Shown: positions 36,199-45,545, numbered from the stretch's first letter. The stretch is 51,703 bases of DNA from an uncultured Mycoplasma sp. (GCA_964616405.1 CAZTRE010000005.1:1-51703); one strand, 5' to 3'. The notes: generated from the letters alone by a model not told the origin. A program made the numbers and translations.

Positions 36199-37383
36199 TT
36201 ATTTTCTCCTTTTTCTAAAAATCGGTAATATTTTTCGTTCTATAATGTACATAAAAGAGTTAGTTATTAGATCATAATCTCCAATGTATTCAATTAATTT
36301 TCCACCAAATTCCTTTTTAAAGTCATTAATTTCAAGAGTCTGTTCAATTGGACTAAGTTGTTTGAAATAGTGAAATCCTTGATTTTTATAGTAATTAAGA
36401 TATTCATTATATATTTTATATTTTAGATTAGTTTCATCTAAGATATTATTACTAGCTTCGCTTAAAACCCAAACAGTATTATTATGTTCCATCATCATAG
36501 TTATTGATGTTGTTAAACAATTTCCATATTCTAATTTATAGTTTTTAAATCGCTCATAGTCCTTTTGCAAAAGTTCTCTTTGGGATTTTAAATTAGCTAA
36601 TTTTTCTTTAGAAGAAGGATCTAAATTATCAATTGGAATAATTGACATTTGATTATTTATTCGATGAATATCTTTTTCTATGGATTTTAAAGTTTTAGTA
36701 ATGTGTAATTTATTTAAAAATAATCTAACCTTAGTGTTCTCATTATTACTAAAAATATCATACATAGTTTCAAAAGATTCATTTTGTGTTGTTCCTTGAA
36801 GGGCAAATAATTCAGTTAAGTCCTTATATGTTCCTGTTGTTAATTCTATAATATATTTTTCAGTACTAGCTAGTTTATCTTTAATATTATTTGTATAATT
36901 TTTTAAATCAATTAGATAATTATATTCTAAAAGTTTAGTCTTAGATTTTTTTCTATAACCAAGTTCTCTAATGTTTTGAATTATCTCTTCTGCATCTTCA
37001 TTAATAGAAGATATTTGATCGTTATTATATGTTTTATATATAATAGCGGGATTTATTTTAATAGATATAGCTTTTTTATGATGGGCGAAATCTTTTAGTT
37101 TTTGTGTAAATATTGCTAGTAAATGTTTATTTTTATAATCTATTAAAAAACCACGAGGGGCATATAAACTACAACAATTCATTGGTAAGTGTTCTTCTAA
37201 TAATAATGTTGCGGCAATAACTTCTTCATTTTCATTTATAAGGCCAAGATAATATGGAGTAGTATGATTTGTTATTTTATCAAATTCTCCCCATGAGCTT
37301 GTTTGCATGAAATGAGATGAGTCAATTTGTTTTTGCGTAAAATTGTCAAACTCAATTTTACTGATACTTCTTAATTTTAACAT
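36199..37383 (-). CDS. FemAB family peptidoglycan aminoacyltransferase, divergent paralogue
   Basis: FMQTSSWGEFDK, APRGFLIDYKN, a coiled-coil insert, C-terminal FKKEFGGKLIEYIGDYDL. A 3-nt gap separates it from the downstream paralogue. Confidence 0.75.
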   Translation of the reverse strand: MLKLRSISKIEFDNFTQKQIDSSHFMQTSSWGEFDKITNHTTPYYLGLINENEEVIAATLLLEEHLPMNCCSLYAPRGFLIDYKNKHLLAIFTQKLKDFAHHKKAISIKINPAIIYKTYNNDQISSINEDAEEIIQNIRELGYRKKSKTKLLEYNYLIDLKNYTNNIKDKLASTEKYIIELTTGTYKDLTELFALQGTTQNESFETMYDIFSNNENTKVRLFLNKLHITKTLKSIEKDIHRINNQMSIIPIDNLDPSSKEKLANLKSQRELLQKDYERFKNYKLEYGNCLTTSITMMMEHNNTVWVLSEASNNILDETNLKYKIYNEYLNYYKNQGFHYFKQLSPIEQTLEINDFKKEFGGKLIEYIGDYDLITNSFMYIIERKILPIFRKRRK

Positions 37384-37457
37384 TATTTTGTCATCCTTTC
37401 ATGTTATAAGTATATCATAAAGGACTAAATGTTGGCATAAAAAAAGAAGAAAATCTA

Positions 37458-37643
37458 CTACATCATATGGAGATTGTCATCTTTTTGCATATAGTTTTGT
37501 TTTTGTTTAGACTCTAATCTTTTTAAACGTTCATTTATATTAAATATTTCTTGTCTAATTTTAAGTAATTCTTCTTGAATATTTGGTGGTAATGAGGGTT
37601 GAGGCATAGATGGATTTGGAAAAAATGGATATTGCATATTCAT
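37458..37643 (-). CDS. small Pro-rich/coiled-coil protein (61 aa), unknown function
   Basis: MNMQYPFFPNPSMPQPSLPPNIQEELLKIRQEIFNINERLKRLESKQ... A TATAAT lies ~30 nt upstream. The start was chosen downstream of the ORF-track start. Confidence 0.45.
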   Translation of the reverse strand: MNMQYPFFPNPSMPQPSLPPNIQEELLKIRQEIFNINERLKRLESKQKQNYMQKDDNLHMM

Positions 37644-37721
37644 AATTATCAACCTGACTTTCGATTTTATTATATGCAAATAGTTATAAATATGTGATAA
37701 AATATAACTAGGTGATTATAA

Positions 37722-38366
37722 ATGAGACTTAGAAATGTAAAAAACAAAGAGGAAATACTTGCTTCATCGAGATATTTGGTAAAAAATCCCGAAGAAAATA
37801 GAGGTAAATGGAAAGATCTATTTGGTAATGATAAACCAATTTATATTGAAATCGGGATGGGAAAAGGTAAATTTATTATTCAAAATGCTATTGAACATCC
37901 AGAAATTAATTTCATTGGTATAGAGAAATTTGATAGTGTTTTGGCAAGATGTTTGCCAAAGATGCCGGAGGGATTAGATAATTTATTAATAGTTAGAATG
38001 GATGCTTTAAATATTGAAAAAGTATTTTTTAAAGAAATAAAGAGAATATATTTAAACTTTTCTGATCCATGGCCAAAGGCCAGACATCATTTAAGAAGAC
38101 TATCGAGTAAAGTTTTCTTAGAAAAATATGATCTTATTTTTTCAGGTGATAGAGAGATTTATCAGAGAACAGATAATCAGGAACTATATATTTATTCGCT
38201 AGAAAGCTATAGTGAAAATGGGTATATTTTAAGTGATATATCATTTGATTTACATAAAGATAAAGAAGACCTTATTACTACTGAATATGAGGATAAATTT
38301 TCTAGTAAGGGAATGCCAATATATTCTGTCGTTGCGAGGAAAAGTGTCCAAAATAGTAAAAAATAG
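37722..38366 (+). CDS. trmB: tRNA (guanine-N7)-methyltransferase
   Basis: IEIGMGKGKF SAM motif, FSDPWPKARHHLRRL. 214 aa. Confidence 0.92.
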   Translation: MRLRNVKNKEEILASSRYLVKNPEENRGKWKDLFGNDKPIYIEIGMGKGKFIIQNAIEHPEINFIGIEKFDSVLARCLPKMPEGLDNLLIVRMDALNIEKVFFKEIKRIYLNFSDPWPKARHHLRRLSSKVFLEKYDLIFSGDREIYQRTDNQELYIYSLESYSENGYILSDISFDLHKDKEDLITTEYEDKFSSKGMPIYSVVARKSVQNSKK

Positions 38367-38423
38367 TAAAATATTTTTACATTTACAAAAAATTTGGTAT
38401 AATGTATTAAGAGTAGGTGAAAT

Positions 38424-39092
38424 ATGAAAAAGATTATTGTTTTACTCTCTATTGTTGTATTATTTTTATCTGGGTGTAGTGTTAAAAAACTTGATAATAC
38501 TGATTTAGGTAAAAATATTAAAATTTTACTTTCTGATGATGTAGAATTGTATAACGTATTTTTTGAAGGATATAAATATTATGTTCCAAAGGGGTTAGGG
38601 ATACATAAAAAAGATGAATATAATGCAGTACTTCTAGATAGAAATTCGAATAAGTATTACTTATATATTGATGCAATTAGTTATTATCATAAAACTGAAA
38701 ATACTTATATGGTTGATGAAAACATTCATTATTCTAATAAGTTAAATTATAATGGTAAGAGTGGTTATATAAATATAGAAAAGATCGATGATAAGTATTA
38801 CGTTCAATTTATGTTTAATTATGCAAAGATGGAAGCATATGTATCAGAAGAAGATTTAACAACGGTAGTTAATAATATGTGTTATGTTTTAAGAACTATA
38901 AAGTTTAATGATAAAGTTTTAGAGAGTTTAATAGGAGATAATGTATTAAGTTATCAAGAAGAAGACTTTACTTTGTTTGATGATGATAGTTCAAATGAAG
39001 ATTTATTGGAAGTCGTTGGAGAAAGCGATTCTAAAAAGGATAAAAAGCCTAAAGACGATGAAAAGATAATAAATGTAGATAAAGACTATTAG
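38424..39092 (+). CDS. lipoprotein of unknown function
   Basis: Signal peptide with lipobox FLSGC. Acidic/Lys-rich C-terminal tail. Confidence 0.65.
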   Translation: MKKIIVLLSIVVLFLSGCSVKKLDNTDLGKNIKILLSDDVELYNVFFEGYKYYVPKGLGIHKKDEYNAVLLDRNSNKYYLYIDAISYYHKTENTYMVDENIHYSNKLNYNGKSGYINIEKIDDKYYVQFMFNYAKMEAYVSEEDLTTVVNNMCYVLRTIKFNDKVLESLIGDNVLSYQEEDFTLFDDDSSNEDLLEVVGESDSKKDKKPKDDEKIINVDKDY

Positions 39093-39104
39093 AGAGGTGA
39101 ATTT

Positions 39105-40205
39105 ATGGGCTTATTTGATAAAATAAAGAATGCTTTATTTGAGGAAGAATATGTTGAAGTTGAAGAAAAACCTAAAAAGCCGAAAAAAGAAATTTCTAAG
39201 AGTAGAGATGTTGAACGTCCTATTGCGAAGAAAGTAGTTTTGCCAGAAAAGAAAGAGCCTAGGGTAGAGGAACTTGATGAAGATGAGTTATTAGATGAGG
39301 ATTTTGAAATTAACCCAAGTGATTCTAATAGACATGCTGAAGATAGAAAAAGTTTTAAAGTTATGGATGATGATGACTTTAAAGTAGATGATGAGATTAG
39401 CCATCGTATAAGTGAACCAAAAATTGTTAAAGTAATTGATCAGGATGAAACTGAGATTCTTGATGAGGCACGTTTTTATAAAAATAAAAAAGATAGAAAT
39501 GAAAAAAGTGCATATGGAATTAATGAATCTAATAAAGTTAATATGCCAGAATATGGAAACAATAAGAGTTCTTATGATAGTATGTCTTATGGTAATATTT
39601 ATGAAAAGAAAGAAGATAGAACTCATTTTAAACCATCACCAATTATTTCACCAATTTATGGTATCTTAGATAAGAATTATAAAAAAGAAGATGTAGTTAC
39701 TAAAAAAGAAATTCGTTTGACTAGTAGTTATGCTAGAGAAAACTTAAGTGTTGAGGATGTTCGTAAAAAAGCATATGGAAGTTTAAGTGACGATATAGCA
39801 AAAGGAATGGATGAAGAACCTGTAAAAAAGGCTTCTTTTGAAGTTGAAGAAAAGGTTGATGAAGATGCTAATTTATTAGTTGACTTAAGCGATACTGAAG
39901 AAAAACCTGCTGTAAAAGAAGTAACTATGGGAGATGCTTTGGAATATTTTGAAGATTTAGGTTTAGAATATAATGTAGATTATGTTGATGCAACTAAGAA
40001 AGCTCCTATTGGTCGAAGAACAAAAGAAAGTTATGATGAGGAAGAGTCTCCAGAGATTATTTCTAAGGTTAAAGAGTCACAAGAAGATAAGGTTGTGGAA
40101 AAGTTAACTGAGAAAAAAGAAGTTCAAGAAATAACTCCTAAAGTTGATGATTCTGATGATAACTTATTTGATTTAATTGATTCGATGTATAAAGAGAATG
40201 ATTAG
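39105..40205 (+). CDS. highly acidic low-complexity protein with a conserved-looking N-terminal amphipathic peptide and a C-terminal peptide
   Basis: MGLFDKIKNALFEEE... at the N-terminus and ...DDNLFDLIDSMYKEND at the C-terminus. GAGAGGTGA RBS. Confidence 0.6.
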   Translation: MGLFDKIKNALFEEEYVEVEEKPKKPKKEISKSRDVERPIAKKVVLPEKKEPRVEELDEDELLDEDFEINPSDSNRHAEDRKSFKVMDDDDFKVDDEISHRISEPKIVKVIDQDETEILDEARFYKNKKDRNEKSAYGINESNKVNMPEYGNNKSSYDSMSYGNIYEKKEDRTHFKPSPIISPIYGILDKNYKKEDVVTKKEIRLTSSYARENLSVEDVRKKAYGSLSDDIAKGMDEEPVKKASFEVEEKVDEDANLLVDLSDTEEKPAVKEVTMGDALEYFEDLGLEYNVDYVDATKKAPIGRRTKESYDEEESPEIISKVKESQEDKVVEKLTEKKEVQEITPKVDDSDDNLFDLIDSMYKEND

Positions 40206-40217
40206 GAGGAAAAGAGA

Positions 40218-40508
40218 ATGGAATCTTTAAATATGATTTTACCTGTATTATTGTATATCGCTGGTTTCATATTATTAATAGTATTAATTATTTTGGGAAT
40301 CAGATTAATTCAAGTGATTAATAAAGTAGATAAAGTTGTTGATAACGTAGAAGAAAAGGTTAATACATTAAATACAGCATTTGATGTAGTAGGAAAAGTG
40401 TCAGATACTTTGTCTGCGGTAGGAGAATCAGTGATTACAACTATTGTAGGTGGAATTTCTAGAATATTTAATAAGAGAATGAAGAAAGAGGAGGATTTTT
40501 ATGAGTAA
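40218..40508 (+). CDS. DUF948 (YtxG-like) membrane protein
   Basis: One TM helix, then the IQVINKVDKVVDNVEEKVNTLNTAFDVVGKVSDT coiled segment. Precedes a YtxH-like gene, as in Bacillus ytxGH. Confidence 0.7.
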   Translation: MESLNMILPVLLYIAGFILLIVLIILGIRLIQVINKVDKVVDNVEEKVNTLNTAFDVVGKVSDTLSAVGESVITTIVGGISRIFNKRMKKEEDFYE

Positions 40509-40908
40509 AGAAAAGAAATTAGGTTTTGGAAAGTTTTTAGCAGGAGCTGCTCTTGGAGCAGGACTTGGAATTTTATTCGCACCAAAAAAAGGTAGTGAAA
40601 CAAGAGCTGAGTTAAAAACTAAAATTGATGATTTAGTAAAACAAATTAAGAAAATCGATGTTGAAGAAGTTAAAGATGAATTCGAAAGCAAACTTGAAAA
40701 TCTAAAAGAAGAATTAGCTGATTTAGATAAAGAAAAAGTGTTAGATATAGCTAAAAAGAAATCTAAAGAATTGAAAGTTAAAGCTCAAGAATTAGTTGAT
40801 TTAGCTATTGAAAAGGGAACACCAATTTTAAGAGATATGGCTGAAGAAGTTAGATTAAAAACAATTGATGTTACTAAAGAAGTATTAAAAAAATTAGAAA
40901 ATAAGTAA
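40501..40908 (+). CDS. YtxH-like general stress protein
   Basis: FGKFLAGAALGAGLGILFAPKKGSETRAELK signature followed by a long helix. 8-nt overlap with the upstream gene. Confidence 0.8.
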   Translation: MSKEKKLGFGKFLAGAALGAGLGILFAPKKGSETRAELKTKIDDLVKQIKKIDVEEVKDEFESKLENLKEELADLDKEKVLDIAKKKSKELKVKAQELVDLAIEKGTPILRDMAEEVRLKTIDVTKEVLKKLENK

Positions 40909-40956
40909 GAATGGCTAAAAAATGTCATTCTTTTTTTATTGAGGCATAGGATTAGT

Positions 40957-41871
40957 ATGGAGATTTTTAGAAAAACATATTTTAGTAAACAAATAGAATT
41001 AGAAAATAACACTGTTACAGATGTTTTTTCTGGAATAGATTATGCGAATATTAGTAATGATGGTTATATGGTACAAGGATTAGTGTTTGCCAAAGAATAC
41101 TTGGTTATTTCGGCTTATCATAAAATAGTAGGAAGACAAAAAGATAAATCAAGATTATATTTTTATAATAAAAAGACTGGGATATATTGTGGCCATGTTG
41201 AACTTGATAATTCAGCTCATGTAGGCGGAGTGGCATTTGATAGTAAAAATGGTATTTTATTTGTGACTGGAAGTCGTGGTAAAGTAAATGCTTATAGTTT
41301 TGAAAGTTTAATTAGAAAGCTTAATAAAAATGGCAAAATGATAAAGTATGATAGTAGTAGTTTAAATATAAGCTTAGTTTTAGATGGTAATGTTAGTGCC
41401 GCAACTATTTATTTTTATGAAGGTTATTTATATGTAGCCACTTGTTCAAATATTGGAAGAGTTGTAAGGTATAAAATTAGATATAATAAGAATATGGTAT
41501 TAATCGATGGGTATAAGATATTTAATAACGCTCCCGCATGCATTCAAGGATTATGTGTGTTTAGATATGAGGAGAAATTATACTATCTGTTTAGCCAATC
41601 TTATAGTAAATTACCCTCAACAATAAAAGTATTAGATGAAAACTTTAATTTTATTGGACAAGTAACTAAGTGTATAACGGGTATTGAAGGAATTGATATT
41701 TCAAAAGAAGGAAGTGTCTATGCTGTCTTTGAAAATTCGGTTACAAAGATATATGATATTAATTTATGTAAATTTAGTTATAAAAAAAGAAAATGTTTAG
41801 AAAAAAAATATATTTCTTATGGTAGGCTTCATCAAAATATATTGGATGCAGCTAGTAAAAATACTATTTAA
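40957..41871 (+). CDS. hypothetical protein, beta-rich (possibly beta-propeller-like)
   Basis: Long ORF. The start is uncertain (ATG 40939 or 40957). No motif recognised. Confidence 0.5.
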   Translation: MEIFRKTYFSKQIELENNTVTDVFSGIDYANISNDGYMVQGLVFAKEYLVISAYHKIVGRQKDKSRLYFYNKKTGIYCGHVELDNSAHVGGVAFDSKNGILFVTGSRGKVNAYSFESLIRKLNKNGKMIKYDSSSLNISLVLDGNVSAATIYFYEGYLYVATCSNIGRVVRYKIRYNKNMVLIDGYKIFNNAPACIQGLCVFRYEEKLYYLFSQSYSKLPSTIKVLDENFNFIGQVTKCITGIEGIDISKEGSVYAVFENSVTKIYDINLCKFSYKKRKCLEKKYISYGRLHQNILDAASKNTI

Positions 41872-41993
41872 AATTTAATAAATTATAATTATAATAGGAT
41901 AGATGGTGAATGATCGTAGATAAAAAGTTGGTTGTTTAGCCAAGTTAAATTGTAAAAATAAATTTATAAGTATTTAAAAATAATATAAAAATG

Positions 41994-42245
41994 TTGAATT
42001 ATTTAATATTTATGGTATTATATAAGTATGTTTTCGGTGAAAAATATCAGTAGTTTATTTACTAATATAAATAGAGATTTAGTGGTTGGTGGAAACTAAA
42101 GGCAGTAAATAGACGAATTACATGTTTGGAGAAAAAACGTTTATCGCGTTAAGATATAAAGGGCATAGACTGAATTTAGTTTATGAATTAAGGTGGTACC
42201 GCGAATATTTCGTCCTTATGAGGATGGAGTGTTCGTTTTTTTTAT
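41994..42245 (+). promoter_or_regulatory. T-box leader, Tyr specifier (UAC), with its promoter and terminator/antiterminator
   Basis: TTGAAT-16-TGgTATTAT promoter (41994-42021). ATAGAGA stem I element. Specifier GAAT-TAC-A (TAC at 42119-42121). T-box AAGGTGGTACCGCG (42190-42203). 15-bp terminator helix 42202-42216 / 42221-42235 followed by a T8 run. Confidence 0.88.
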
Positions 42246-42265
42246 TTATGAGAAGGAGGGATTAT

Positions 42266-42811
42266 ATGCATACAGAATATGAAGTAAGAGTTTTAGAGAT
42301 TAATAAGGAAGCTGTTGAGAAAAGGTTAAAGGAGTTAGGGGCTGAATTTTGTTGGGATAAAATTCAAAGAAGATATGTTTATGACTTTATTCCAAAGATA
42401 GATGGTAAATGGATTAGACTTAGAACTAATGGAGATAAGAGTACTTTAACTATTAAAAATTTGGTATCTTCAGAAATTGATGGAACGCAGGAATTAGAAA
42501 TAGAAGTGGATAATTTTGAAAGATGTCATCTTATTTTAAAAGAGTTAGGCTATGAGCCTAAGGGGTATCAAGAAAATAGGAGATGTCATTATGTGCTTAA
42601 TGGAGTAGACGTTGATATTGATTTTTGGCCATTAATTCCAACTTATATGGAGATTGAAGGTAAGAGTGAAGCTGCTGTATACAACGCGTTAGAAACATTA
42701 GGTTTTAAGAAAGAAGATGCTACTACGAGAGATGTTGAGGGAGTATATTTAGATTATGGATTTAATTTGAATGAGATATATGATTTACATTTAGAGGAGG
42801 ATAGAAAATAA
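42266..42811 (+). CDS. CYTH-domain protein (class IV adenylate cyclase / triphosphate tunnel metalloenzyme family)
   Basis: MHTEYEVRVLEI (ExExK-like start), WIRLRTNGDKSTLTIK, ELEIEV, YMEIEG: alternating acidic/basic beta-strands typical of CYTH. AGGAGGG RBS. The ORF-track N-terminal extension runs over the T-box and was rejected. Confidence 0.7.
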   Translation: MHTEYEVRVLEINKEAVEKRLKELGAEFCWDKIQRRYVYDFIPKIDGKWIRLRTNGDKSTLTIKNLVSSEIDGTQELEIEVDNFERCHLILKELGYEPKGYQENRRCHYVLNGVDVDIDFWPLIPTYMEIEGKSEAAVYNALETLGFKKEDATTRDVEGVYLDYGFNLNEIYDLHLEEDRK

Positions 42812-44043
42812 TGACAAATTGGGAAGAATTACAATGGAGAGGTTTAGTTAAGGACGTTGCGGGAGAAGGCATTGAAGATAAGATTAATAATGAGAGTGTG
42901 ACTTTTTATTGGGGAACTGATCCAACGGCGGATAGTCTACATTTAGGACATTATAGTTCATTGATTACAGCAAAAAGATTAATGCTTATGGGACATAAAC
43001 CAATTCTTTTATGTGGAGGAGCAACGGGTAGAATTGGTGATCCAAGACCTACTGCAGAAAGAGAAATTATGAGTTTAGATGAGCTTGATAAAAATATTAA
43101 ATGTATTAGAGCTCAAATTGATAAAATATTTGATGGTAAAGCTAAACTTGTTAATAACTATGATTGGTTTAAAGATTATAATTTCTTAGACTTCTTAAGA
43201 GATATTGGTAAGTATGTAAATGTTAATTACATGTTATCTAAGGATATTATTGATAGACGTTTAGAAACAGGAATTACTTATGCTGAATTTAGTTATATGT
43301 TGATTCAAGGATTTGATTTCTTACATATGTATGAAGAAATGGGTTGTACAATGCAAGTTGAAGGTTCTGATCAATGGGGGAATATCACAACAGGAGTGGA
43401 TTTAATCCGTAAGATTAAAGGAGAAGAAGCATATGCATTTACGATGCCACTTATATTAGATTCTACAGGTAAAAAGTTTGGTAAAAGTGAAGGAAATGCT
43501 TTATGGTTAGATGAAGCAAAGACATCTAGTTATGAGTTATATCAATATTTGCTTAATACTGATGATTCTAAAGTTTATGAATATTTAAAAGTATTTACTT
43601 TCTTAACTCCTGAAGAAATTGATAAGGTTATGGAAAAACATAATGAAGCACCACATTTAAGAGAGGCTCAAAAGAGCTTAGCTAAATGTATTATTACTGA
43701 TTTACATGGTGAAGAGTCTTATAACAATGCTGTTTTAATTAGTGAAAAGTTTTTTACTGGTGATATAAGTAAGTTTAGTGAAGAAGATATTAAAGTTGCT
43801 TTTAAAGGATTAGAACCATTTAAAATAAATACTGATACAAATATTGTGGATTTATTAGTTACTGGCGGTGTTTGTTCTAGTAAAAGAGAAGCTCGTGAGT
43901 TTATTAATAATGGTTCTATTACTCTTAATGGGGAAAAAGTAAATGATTTAGAACTTATGATTACTAGAGATAATTGTTTAGTAAATAAATATATGATTAT
44001 TAGACGTGGTAAGAAAAAATATTATGTTGGAATTTATGAATAG
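42811..44043 (+). CDS. tyrS: tyrosine--tRNA ligase
   Basis: DSLHLGH (HIGH), KFGKSEG (KMSKS), C-terminal S4-like domain. The ATG overlaps the CYTH stop (TAATG). Confidence 0.96.
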   Translation: MTNWEELQWRGLVKDVAGEGIEDKINNESVTFYWGTDPTADSLHLGHYSSLITAKRLMLMGHKPILLCGGATGRIGDPRPTAEREIMSLDELDKNIKCIRAQIDKIFDGKAKLVNNYDWFKDYNFLDFLRDIGKYVNVNYMLSKDIIDRRLETGITYAEFSYMLIQGFDFLHMYEEMGCTMQVEGSDQWGNITTGVDLIRKIKGEEAYAFTMPLILDSTGKKFGKSEGNALWLDEAKTSSYELYQYLLNTDDSKVYEYLKVFTFLTPEEIDKVMEKHNEAPHLREAQKSLAKCIITDLHGEESYNNAVLISEKFFTGDISKFSEEDIKVAFKGLEPFKINTDTNIVDLLVTGGVCSSKREAREFINNGSITLNGEKVNDLELMITRDNCLVNKYMIIRRGKKKYYVGIYE

Positions 44044-44057
44044 TAAAATTGACATTT

Positions 44058-44092
44058 AAAGAAGATACTATATAAGGTATTTTCTTTTTTTT
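44058..44092 (+). terminator. terminator after tyrS
   Basis: AAAGAAGATAC ... GTATTTTCTTT stem followed by a T run. Confidence 0.6.
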
Positions 44093-44186
44093 CTGTGGAA
44101 AAGAATTATATATTTTGTTAAAATGAGGATAGGAGTTATGCAAGTTTATTATTTATAGTGATGTATTAAAAATATTGGAGGATTAA

Positions 44187-44729
44187 ATGAAAATAACGTT
44201 AATAAGACATGGTCAAACAGAAAGTAATAATTTAGGTATATGTCAAGGAAGTACTAATTTGTTATTGAATAATGCAGGAAGAAGAGAATGTCAAAGATTA
44301 AGAGTAAAAATAAAAGATAAACATTATGATGTTTGTTATACATCACCTTTGGCAAGAGCAGTTGAGACAGCAATGATTTTAATTGGCGATAGAACTAGAA
44401 TGCTTCCTGATAAGAGGCTTGATGATCGCACTCTAGGTCAATTAGAGGGTCAACCACGCAGTAATTACAATGTAAAACTTTATTGGGATTATAAATTAAA
44501 TAGTAATGAACAAGGAGTTGAACCAGTTCAAGATATGTTTAAAAGATGTAGAGATTTTTTAGAATTTTTATATAAAGAACATTCTAAAGAAAGTGTTATG
44601 ATTGTATCACATACAGCTATTATTAGAACACTTAGACATATATTATTAAAGAGTGATTTAAATAAAGAATTAGAAATTGTTAAAATAGAAAATTGTTACT
44701 TTGAAGAGTTTGAAATAGATGATAAATAA
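44187..44729 (+). CDS. histidine phosphatase (phosphoglycerate mutase-like) family protein
   Basis: ITLIRHGQTESN catalytic motif and SHTAIIR. 180 aa. Confidence 0.85.
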   Translation: MKITLIRHGQTESNNLGICQGSTNLLLNNAGRRECQRLRVKIKDKHYDVCYTSPLARAVETAMILIGDRTRMLPDKRLDDRTLGQLEGQPRSNYNVKLYWDYKLNSNEQGVEPVQDMFKRCRDFLEFLYKEHSKESVMIVSHTAIIRTLRHILLKSDLNKELEIVKIENCYFEEFEIDDK

Positions 44730-45014
44730 TATTGTCTGTTTATGAAGAAACTCTTCTTTTTTATACTTATTTAATTTTATATTTATGTATTATATAATAA
44801 TGCATAAGGAGGGATTAGGTATGTCTGTAGAGTAAGAAGTTTAAAAAGAGAAATAGAAAGTAACCGTGTTATTACTTTTTGGGAAATAGAGTATAATAGT
44901 GTTTTTAAACATAAGGAATATGAAGTATCTGATATTGAAGAAATTGAGAAAAAAGATCAAACTGACGCTATATTACATTGGATAGAATATAAAACTAGGG
45001 ATGTTATATCAAAA

Positions 45015-45524
45015 ATGAGTGAAGCTTGTATACCATATGATCAGATTTTATTTGATTGTAAAACGGGCCTTTACTTACCGTTTTCTTATGTAGCTATGTT
45101 AAATAAGTATAATTTGAAACGCAGGATGTATCCGGGTGATAGCTATGATGAGGAAAGAAAGAAATTAATGAGTAAAGTTGAAGAGTATGCTTTACCAATT
45201 GTACCAGTAAGTGTTTCGCTTTCTGCTGAAGGTACAGGAACTCAAACTGTAAATTTAGCAAATTTTTCTGACTTTGATGAAAGAATTTCTGCTTTGAGTA
45301 AAGAGTCTTTTGATGGAGCAGTTAACTTTAATAATTTTATAAATTCATTGAATCAAGAAGGTTATCATGTTAACACACTTAATGGTAATTCCTATGAAAC
45401 TTTAGTTGATCATATTTATTGGATGAATTATGCTTATCCTAATAATGTGATGAATATTAGAGCAGATTTAGGCAGGATAATAAAATTAGATGATAAGCCT
45501 AAACAAGCTGTTAAGAAGAAGTAA
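45015..45524 (+). CDS. hypothetical protein; the frame is open upstream to 44808 without a start codon (see findings)
   Basis: 169-aa ORF from an ATG that lacks an SD. 69 in-frame sense codons lie upstream. A strong AAGGAGGG + ATG (44821) is out of frame. Confidence 0.5.
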   Translation: MSEACIPYDQILFDCKTGLYLPFSYVAMLNKYNLKRRMYPGDSYDEERKKLMSKVEEYALPIVPVSVSLSAEGTGTQTVNLANFSDFDERISALSKESFDGAVNFNNFINSLNQEGYHVNTLNGNSYETLVDHIYWMNYAYPNNVMNIRADLGRIIKLDDKPKQAVKKK

Positions 45525-45545
45525 ATTATATTTTTTAGCAAAAGA

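Noticed and set aside
42122-42265. N-terminal extensions proposed by the ORF track: 42122 for the CYTH gene, 26448 for the membrane ORF, 31367, 33164, 22718, 49596, 50837, 16499, 4768, 1782.
   Set aside because: The extensions run through T-box leaders, terminators or promoters and lack an RBS. In each case an internal ATG with a strong SD gives the canonical family N-terminus.
44821-44835. The MSVE* mini-ORF as a regulatory leader peptide.
   Set aside because: It is four codons long, with no downstream attenuator structure or restart codon. The out-of-frame relation to the long ORF is better explained by a frameshift (reported as a finding).
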